IMG/VR virus record: IMGVR_UViG_2531839665_000011
DNA length: 5,297 nt
DNA from: a virus
Lineage: Duplodnaviria; Heunggongvirae; Uroviricota; Caudoviricetes
Direction: 5' to 3' (one strand)
Numbering within the stretch: the stretch's first letter is position 1; each line of letters begins with the position of its first letter. Of this stretch, positions 1-5,297 are shown piece by piece. Position numbers and translations under genes: made by a program. The notes under the pieces are model-generated. The model was not told the DNA's origin. It saw only the letters and a list, made by a program, of their open reading frames with translations, and searched no databases.

Positions 1-1
1 C

Positions 2-973
2 AGCCAGCTTGCGGATGAGATGGCGGAGATGAAGACCACCATCACGAAACCCCGCAATGAAATCACACAGACGGTCAGTAAAACGCTGGAAGACCAGAGC
101 GCCACCATTCAGCAGATACAGCGCGTGCAGAAGGACACAAATGATGACCTGGCTGCGCTGTACATGCTGAAGGTTCAAAAAACGAAAGACGGCATTCCCT
201 ATGTGGCCGGTATTGGAGCGGGGATTGAGGATACTGATGGCCAGCCACTGAGCAACATACTGCTGCTGGCTGACCGTATCGCGATGATAAATCCGGAGAG
301 CGGCAACAGCACTCCGTTATTTGTGGCGCAGGGGAATCAGCTGTTCATGAACGACGTGTTCCTGAAGCGTCTGTTTGCGGCGAGTATCACGTCATCCGGC
401 AACCCCCCGACGTTTTCCCTGACGCCGGAAGGGAAGCTGACAGCCAGGAACGCGGATATCAGCGGAGCAATTACCGCGAATACCGGCACGCTCAATAATG
501 TCACCATTAACGAGAACTGTGTCATCAGAGGGAAACTGTCTGCAAACCAGATTGAAGGCGACCTGGTGAAGACGGTGGGGAAAGCCTTTCCCCGGAATAA
601 CAGTTATGCCAGCGGGACGGTAACCGTCACAGTTTACGATGACCAGGGCTTCGACCGGCAGATCATCATTCCCCCGGTGCTGTTTCGCGGGACGAAACAC
701 CAGAATTTCAACAGCCCGAATCAGCAGTCGTACTGGTATTCCACCTGTAAGCTGCAGGTGCTGAAGAACGGGGTTGAGATTTTCCATGAACCGGCAACGG
801 ATGTCAGCCGGGTGTTCTCATCGGTGATAGATATGCCGGCAGGGCGGGGTCATGTCACCCTGACGTTTAATGTGTCGTCGGCCGGTGCGAACAACTGGAC
901 GCCGACAACGTACATCAGTGATTTACTGGTTGTGGTGATGAAAAAATCCACAGCAGGTATCAGTATCAGCTGA
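2..973 (+). CDS. J: Phage tail tip host-specificity protein J (lambda J-like), C-terminal part; 5' end lies upstream of the window
   Basis: Reading frame is open from the first base of the window (no stop between 2 and the ATG at 20) to TGA at 971-973. Translation resembles the C-terminal receptor-binding region of lambda J as I recall it. Followed by a hairpin terminator and then lom and stf, the lambda gene order. Confidence 0.8.
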   Translation, partial: SQLADEMAEMKTTITKPRNEITQTVSKTLEDQSATIQQIQRVQKDTNDDLAALYMLKVQKTKDGIPYVAGIGAGIEDTDGQPLSNILLLADRIAMINPESGNSTPLFVAQGNQLFMNDVFLKRLFAASITSSGNPPTFSLTPEGKLTARNADISGAITANTGTLNNVTINENCVIRGKLSANQIEGDLVKTVGKAFPRNNSYASGTVTVTVYDDQGFDRQIIIPPVLFRGTKHQNFNSPNQQSYWYSTCKLQVLKNGVEIFHEPATDVSRVFSSVIDMPAGRGHVTLTFNVSSAGANNWTPTTYISDLLVVVMKKSTAGISIS

Positions 974-990
974 ATTTTATAACCCAGAAC

Positions 991-1018
991 GGGCGTCAGA
1001 AATGACGCCTTTTTTATT
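991..1018 (+). terminator. Rho-independent terminator downstream of J (tJ-like)
   Basis: Stem GGCGTCA (992-998), loop GAAA, stem TGACGCC (1003-1009), then TTTTTTATT. Confidence 0.6.
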
Positions 1019-1039
1019 GCAGAAAAGCGAGAGGTAATT

Positions 1040-1433
1040 ATGCGTAAACTTTATGCCGCCATTTTGTCCGCAGCCATTTGTCTGGCCGTATCCGGTGCGC
1101 CTGCATGGGCGTCTGAACATCAGTCCACGCTGAGCGCGGGGTATCTTCATGTCTCGACGAACGTTCCCGGCAGCGATGATCTGAACGGGATTAACGTGAA
1201 ATACCGTTATGAGTTTACGGACACACTGGGGATGGTGACGTCTTTCAGCTATGCAGGAGACAAGAATCGCCAGCTGACCCATTACAGCGATACCCGCTGG
1301 CATGAAGATTCCGTTCGTAACCGCTGGTTCAGCGTGATGGCGGGGCCCTCTGTGCGCGTGAATGAATGGTTCAGCGCGTATGCGATGGCGGGCGTGGCTT
1401 ACAGCCGTGTGTCGACTTTTTCCGGGGATTATC
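1040..1433 (+). pseudogene. lom: lom 5' fragment (Ail/Lom/PagC-family outer membrane protein), interrupted by IS insertion
   Basis: RBS GAGAGG upstream of ATG 1040. Signal peptide MRKLYAAILSAAICLAVSGAPAWA, then sequence matching lambda Lom up to ...STFSGDYLR. The ORF then runs into IS terminal sequence (ITVKEIGE, stop at 1463-1465). The rest of Lom resumes at 4015. Confidence 0.85.
1429..1433. repeat. Target-site duplication, left copy (TTATC); alternative reading is a 7-bp ATTATCT at 1428-1434
   Basis: lom sequence ggggATTATCT is present at the left junction and ATTATCTccgcgtaactgac at the right junction; the overlap is the duplicated target. Confidence 0.5.
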
Positions 1434-1482
1434 TGCGTATTACCGTGAAGGAGATCGGTGAGTAACATCGATGGAGATCGGT
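1434..1482. repeat. IS left terminal inverted repeat region
   Basis: TGCGTATTACCGTGAAGGAGATCGGTGAGTAACATCGATGGAGATCGG pairs with the reverse complement of the right end, TGCGTATTTTCATGAAAGGAGATCACTCAATAACTTCCATCGAGATCGG. Confidence 0.6.
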
Positions 1483-1518
1483 TCGTGTCACTTTCACAGA
1501 ACCGTTTTTAAATTACCT

Positions 1519-2268
1519 TCACTGATCTCCTTCGGTCAACGGAGATTGTATTTTCCGCATTGATTCTCCTTTAAGTTCGATCTTGATACTGCCATGAACC
1601 AGTCGATCTAGGATGGCATCCGCATGTGTGGAGTCTCCGATCATTTTGTACCAGTTTTCCACCGGCAACTGGCTCACTACGATGATTGAGCCTCGTTGGT
1701 ACATCAGATCCACTATTTCCAGCAGGTCGCTACGCTGTTCTGATGAGAGAGGTTCCAGCCCCCAGTCATCCAGAAGCAGCAGATCGCTATTATTCAGCCT
1801 GGTCAAAAGTTTGCTGTATCTTCCATCAGCATGCCCCTGATAGCACTGTTCCATCAGCGCTTTAAGGCGATAATAGTAGACCTTGTATCCCTGTCGGCAG
1901 GCATTATGACCAAGTGCACATGCCAGGAACGTTTTACCGCTGCCGGTGGCCCCGGTCAGTAAAATATTTTGTTTCAGGGTTAACCAGTTTCCCTGACTGA
2001 GTGAACGGATGAGGGCCCTGTCCAGCCCTCTATTGTTACGATAATCCAGCTTTGATAACTCAGCATTAAGTCTGAACCGTGCATGTTTGATCAGACGCTC
2101 TGCCTTCCTGTTTTCACGGCAGGTTAGTTCTTCTGCTGTCAGTAATGACAGGCGTTCTTCGAAGCCCAGCTCCTGGTATGTGCCCGGCTGAGCAAGTTGC
2201 TTTTTAAGCGCATCACGGAAGCCGGTGAGTTTAAGTGCGGTCAGTTGTTCGTAAAGATGATTCATCAT
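1519..2268 (-). CDS. istB: IS21-family helper ATPase IstB (AAA+/DnaC-like)
   Basis: 249 aa. Walker A GATGSGKT and Walker B LLLLDDWG. Start ATG at 2266-2268 preceded by GGGA, 11 nt after the istA stop. Confidence 0.9.
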   Translation of the reverse strand: MMNHLYEQLTALKLTGFRDALKKQLAQPGTYQELGFEERLSLLTAEELTCRENRKAERLIKHARFRLNAELSKLDYRNNRGLDRALIRSLSQGNWLTLKQNILLTGATGSGKTFLACALGHNACRQGYKVYYYRLKALMEQCYQGHADGRYSKLLTRLNNSDLLLLDDWGLEPLSSEQRSDLLEIVDLMYQRGSIIVVSQLPVENWYKMIGDSTHADAILDRLVHGSIKIELKGESMRKIQSPLTEGDQ

Positions 2269-2279
2269 TGGATCCCGTA

Positions 2280-3281
2280 TCAGTGGTAATACTCACTGCC
2301 GCGTACGTTTTCGTGTTCCATCGTGGATAACAGATCTGGTTTTGGATCCTGAACAGGTTGTTTATCCAGACCTTTTTCCAGGATCGATTTAATACCTGAC
2401 AGACGCCATACCTTTGTTTTCAGAGCTCTTGCACATGCTGCATTAAGTCTGGCTTTACTGTATTTTTTATGAAGGTTCAGGAGTCCAAGGCAGAAGCGAT
2501 AGCTTTGTTCCGGATGTGGACGAGAGTTCAGTATATGAAGCACATAACTATGAGTTTCACTGCCTATGTGCCCCGCCCATTCCAGAAGACGCTCTGGCGT
2601 CCAGGTGGCATGCTGTCGATGAGCTTCAGGCATGTGCTCGTTGCGGGTACTGTAGCCATAAGTACGCTTGCGCGGGTGCACAGCAACCTCCTGCCCCTGA
2701 TTGAAGAGTCTTACCAGTTCTCCGGAGATCCATGCTTCCAGTTGCTGGCCTAACAGCGAACATGGAACCGAGTAGTAATGTTTGTCGATTTCCACGTGGT
2801 AATCGGCATGAACTCTGACTTTCTTCACCAGGGTGTAACTGTAACTGGCTTCAGGAAGAGGCTTCAGTGCGGGTTTATCAAGCTGGATGAAGAGTTCTGC
2901 ACGTGAATAACCCAACTTCTGCATTATTTTGTTATTCAGTCTTTCCAGCAACTCCCGAATGCGCTGATTAAGCGATGCAAGGCTGTAGAAGATCTCATGC
3001 CTGATTCGGGCCATGATCCAGCGTTCAACAACCTGAACGCCAACTTCAGCTTTGGCTTTATCTTTCGGTTTACGTGGCCGCGCAGGCAAAACTGCGACAT
3101 TATAATGCTCAAGCATCTGCTGGTAGGTAGGGTTAACGTCAGGATCATACTTACATGCCCTGGATGTGGCGCTTTTCAGATTGTCCGGAACAACAAGTTC
3201 AGGAACGCCACCCAACCACTGGAAGCAGCGAACATGACTCATCACCCAGTCTTCAAGCTGCTGAGACCAGGTGGTCTCTGC
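2280..3281 (-). CDS. istA: IS21-family transposase IstA, C-terminal catalytic part (downstream of an in-frame amber codon)
   Basis: Same frame as the N-terminal ORF. Contains VVPDNLKS (second Asp of DDE) and [14 protein letters not shown] (Glu of DDE). Translation is continuous across the 36 nt between the amber codon and the first internal GTG/ATG ([25 protein letters not shown]). Confidence 0.75.
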   Translation of the reverse strand, partial: AETTWSQQLEDWVMSHVRCFQWLGGVPELVVPDNLKSATSRACKYDPDVNPTYQQMLEHYNVAVLPARPRKPKDKAKAEVGVQVVERWIMARIRHEIFYSLASLNQRIRELLERLNNKIMQKLGYSRAELFIQLDKPALKPLPEASYSYTLVKKVRVHADYHVEIDKHYYSVPCSLLGQQLEAWISGELVRLFNQGQEVAVHPRKRTYGYSTRNEHMPEAHRQHATWTPERLLEWAGHIGSETHSYVLHILNSRPHPEQSYRFCLGLLNLHKKYSKARLNAACARALKTKVWRLSGIKSILEKGLDKQPVQDPKPDLLSTMEHENVRGSEYYH

Positions 3282-3821
3282 CTATGTGTAACTTGATGCC
3301 CCGAGAACAGCTACGATGACCTGAGCAGTTCTTATTTCTCCGGTCTCAGGGTCGGTAACGCCAACGGTAGGTCCACAGTAATCAACGAAAAGTTTTTCGC
3401 CAGCTTTATGTACCTGACGCATTGATGGTGAAGTGGTTTTGAGCCATTCACGGTACATCCGGCAGTAATGGTTATAGCTGTAAAAACCGCCTGGATTACG
3501 CTCACAGTATTCTTCCCAGAGTAGCTGCAGCGTCACGCATTTATTACGCAGTTCCCGGTGTACTGTAGCCCAGTCAGGCAGAGAGTGCTTCTTCATCTTA
3601 ACCTGGGTCTGAAGGAACGCATGTTTTAGTTTTGTATCATCCCATCCTGTAGGTAAGGGCCACTGCTTTATGCCAAGTTGAGCCGCCCGATTAGCATATC
3701 TGGATACAACGGAAGGGGAGATTGCAAGACTACGACCAATTTGTCGATGGCTGAGTCCAACACCGTATTTAAGCCTAAGAATTTCTTTAAGTTTTCTCAT
3801 AGAAATTGGAACTGTTGGCAT
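3282..3821 (-). CDS. istA: IS21-family transposase IstA, N-terminal part (HTH and first catalytic Asp region), ending at an in-frame TAG
   Basis: ATG at 3819-3821 with AAGGA 7 nt upstream. HTH-like LSHRQIGRSLAISPSVVSRY. LFVDYCG resembles the first DDE Asp region of IS21 IstA. Ends ...GASSYT at amber codon (plus-strand cta, 3282-3284). Confidence 0.75.
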   Translation of the reverse strand: MPTVPISMRKLKEILRLKYGVGLSHRQIGRSLAISPSVVSRYANRAAQLGIKQWPLPTGWDDTKLKHAFLQTQVKMKKHSLPDWATVHRELRNKCVTLQLLWEEYCERNPGGFYSYNHYCRMYREWLKTTSPSMRQVHKAGEKLFVDYCGPTVGVTDPETGEIRTAQVIVAVLGASSYT

Positions 3822-3885
3822 AGGTATCCTTTACCGGAATGGCAAAAGATACAGATCAACACACCTGTGAAGTTCCAATAACATT

Positions 3886-3997
3886 GATGGAGATCACTGA
3901 ATAACAAAATGAGTCAAAAGTGATCTCCATCGATGTTATTCAGCGATCTGTTCAAATGTTATTACCCGATCTCGATGGAAGTTATTGAGTGATCTCC
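3886..3997. repeat. Iterated terminal repeats at the IS right end (putative IstA binding sites)
   Basis: Motif GTTATT-N4-GATCTC(C) as three direct copies at 3935-3950, 3958-3973 and 3981-3997 (23-bp spacing) plus one inverted copy at 3889-3905. Perfect 12-bp inverted repeat GATGGAGATCAC (3886-3897) / GTGATCTCCATC (3920-3931). Confidence 0.7.
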
Positions 3998-4014
3998 TTT
4001 CATGAAAATACGCA
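3966..4014. repeat. IS right terminal inverted repeat region
   Basis: Reverse complement matches the left end with a few mismatches and indels; ends ...AATACGCA. Confidence 0.6.
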
Positions 4015-4019
4015 TTATC
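4015..4019. repeat. Target-site duplication, right copy (TTATC); alternative 7-bp ATTATCT at 4014-4020
   Basis: Same lom-derived sequence as at 1429-1433. Confidence 0.5.
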
Positions 4020-4225
4020 TCCGCGTAACTGACAACAAGGGGAAAACGCATGATGTGCTGACCGGAAGTGATGACGGTCGCCACAGCAACACGTCTCTGG
4101 CGTGGGGGGCTGGCGTGCAGTTTAACCCGACCGAATCCGTGGCCATTGATATTGCTTATGAAGGCTCCGGCAGTGGCGACTGGCGCACTGACGGTTTCAT
4201 CGTGGGTGTCGGTTATAAGTTCTGA
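4015..4225 (+). pseudogene. lom: lom 3' fragment (C-terminal ~70 codons of Lom)
   Basis: Translation YLRVTDNKGKTHDVLTGSDDGRHSNTSLAWGAGVQFNPTESVAIDIAYEGSGSGDWRTDGFIVGVGYKF matches the Lom C-terminus; stop TGA at 4223-4225. The listed ORF start (GTG 3989) lies inside the IS end. Confidence 0.85.
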
Positions 4226-4251
4226 TTAGCCAGGTAACACAGTGTTATGAC

Positions 4252-4279
4252 AGCCCGCCGGTTCAGGCGGGCTTTTTTG
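4252..4279 (+). terminator. Rho-independent terminator downstream of lom
   Basis: Perfect 8-bp stem AGCCCGCC (4252-4259) / GGCGGGCT (4266-4273), 6-nt loop, then a T-run. Confidence 0.6.
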
Positions 4280-4289
4280 TGGGGTGAAT

Positions 4290-5297
4290 ATGGCAGTAAA
4301 GATTTCAGGTGTACTGAAAGACGGCACAGGAAAACCGGTAGAGAACTGCACCATTCAACTGAAAGCCAGACGGACCAGCAGCACGGTGGTGGTGAACACG
4401 GTGGCCTCTGAAAATCCGGATGAAGCCGGTCGTTACAGCATGGACGTTGAGTACGGTCAGTACAGCGTCATTCTGTTGGTGGAAGGATTCCCGCCGTCAC
4501 ATGCCGGGACCATCACCGTGTATGAAGATTCTCAACCCGGTACGCTGAATGATTTTCTCGGTGCCATGTCGGAGGATGACGTCCGGCCGGAGGCACTGCG
4601 CCGTTTTGAACTGATGGTGGAAGAGGTGGCGCGTCACGCTGAGGAGGCGAAGAAGAATGCCGGAGAGGCGGAGACGTCAGCGAGGAATGCCGGCATATCA
4701 GCCAGTCAGGCAGAAGAGAGCGCTGCAAATGCTGACACTTCAGCAGGGGAGGCATCGGAGTCAGCCCGGCAGGCGGCAGAAAGTGCAGCCTCAGCAAAGC
4801 AGTCAGAGGATGCGTCCTCGTCCTCGGCTTCTGCGGCCGCTCAAAAAGCCAGTGAGTCATCACAAAGTGCAGCAGAAGCTGAATTGTCAAGAAAGACGGC
4901 AGAAAGTGCAGCCGGTAATGCAGCCAGGGATGCAACGACCGCAACAGAAAAAGCCCGGGAGTCAGCAGAAAGCGCACAGTCAGCGGAACAAAGCAGGATA
5001 GCGGCGGAAGAGGCCGTAAACCGAATCCCCACCGTGGTGGGACCTCCCGGGCCAAAGGGGGGAACAGGGGGCCCGCGGGTCCTCAGGGGCCGAAGGGTGA
5101 TAAGGGAGAGCGCGGTGACACCGGCCCTGTCGGGGCAACCGGCGAACGGGGACCGGCAGGTGATGCTGGTCCGGCAGGCCCGCAGGGGCCGAAAGGTGAC
5201 AGGGGAGAGCGGGGAGAGACCGGTCTGACGGGAAAATGCAGGTCCACAGGGTCCAAAGGGAGATACCGGTGCGGCAGGCCCGGCAGGCCCACAGGGA
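4290..5297 (+). CDS. stf: Side tail fibre protein Stf (lambda stf/orf401-like), N-terminal part continuing beyond the window; reading frame disturbed in the collagen-like region
   Basis: [17 protein letters not shown]...[25 protein letters not shown] matches the lambda Stf N-terminus, so ATG 4290 is the likely start rather than GTG 4284. Ala/Ser/Glu-rich segment, then Gly-X-Y collagen-like repeats from ~5040. Frame 0 hits TGA at 5226-5228 only because of frame slips at 5057-5071; the Gly-X-Y phase continues in another frame and returns to frame 0 after 5237. Confidence 0.8.
5040..5297 (+). repeat. Collagen-like Gly-X-Y triplet-repeat coding region within stf
   Basis: GPPGPKG (frame 0), then [56 protein letters not shown] (frame +2), then [19 protein letters not shown] (frame 0 again). 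Confidence 0.75.

Larger units (their letters stand above)
1434..4014 (-). mobile_element. IS21-family insertion sequence (istA-istB), ~2581 bp, inserted in lom
   Basis: Two adjacent minus-strand genes: a transposase with HTH and DDE-type motifs, then an IstB-like ATPase starting 11 nt downstream. Imperfect terminal inverted repeats starting TGCGTATT on each end (5'-TG...CA-3'). Iterated internal end repeats. Flanked by duplicated lom target sequence. Confidence 0.85.

Noticed and set aside
337-787. Minus-strand ORFs 337-525 and 392-787 inside the J coding region
   Set aside because: Fully embedded antisense to a well-supported J reading frame with no independent signals; shadow ORFs.
977-1468. 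Minus-strand ORF of 163 aa antisense to lom
   Set aside because: Overlaps the lom 5' fragment, whose translation carries a clear signal peptide and Lom homology; the antisense translation is Arg/His-rich with no recognisable features.
1613-3296. Plus-strand ORFs 1613-1840, 2469-2753, 2516-2704 and 2997-3296, and minus-strand 2936-3148, inside the IS
   Set aside because: All lie antisense to or out of frame within istA/istB, which have strong motif support; no start or RBS context. Treated as spurious.
3678-3881. Plus-strand ORF of 67 aa overlapping the istA 5' end
   Set aside because: Antisense to the istA N-terminus and its upstream region, with low-complexity translation; no support as a gene.
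3886-3997. Possible mini CRISPR array suggested by short repeats at regular 23-bp spacing
   Set aside because: Only three imperfect ~17-bp direct repeats with ~6-bp intervening sequence, located exactly at an IS terminus and mirrored at the other end. This is the multi-repeat end structure of an IS21-family element, not a repeat-spacer array.
1434-4014. Whether the window hides a novel defence or accessory system between the tail genes
   Set aside because: All sequence between J and stf is accounted for by lom plus a two-gene IS21-family element with recognisable ends; there are no unassigned ORFs or unexplained structured non-coding regions.
3989-4225. ORF 3989-4225 as an independent small gene
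   Set aside because: It is the C-terminal remnant of lom; the apparent GTG start lies within the IS terminal repeat and the product lacks a signal peptide.
5083-5292. Minus-strand 69-aa Pro-rich ORF, and other alternative-frame ORFs, in the collagen-like region
   Set aside because: Reverse-strand reading of a Gly-X-Y (GGN-rich) repeat naturally gives Pro-rich open frames; an artefact of the stf collagen-like repeat.

Overview
This window is the tail-fibre end of a lambda-like (lambdoid) prophage from an enterobacterial genome (E. coli/Shigella-type), with the classic gene order J - lom - stf on the + strand. The lom gene is split by a ~2.58 kb IS21-family insertion sequence (istA-istB on the - strand, multi-copy terminal repeats, flanking direct repeat). 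Three lesions are visible: lom is interrupted, istA carries an in-frame amber codon inside its catalytic domain, and stf leaves its reading frame in the collagen-like repeat at three homopolymer runs. Every ORF of meaningful size is accounted for by the phage tail module or the IS, so I see no evidence of a novel system here. The most notable points are the IS architecture (iterated GATC-containing end repeats) and the decay or sequencing-quality signals. All identifications rest on reading the translations and recalled family features; no database search was run.
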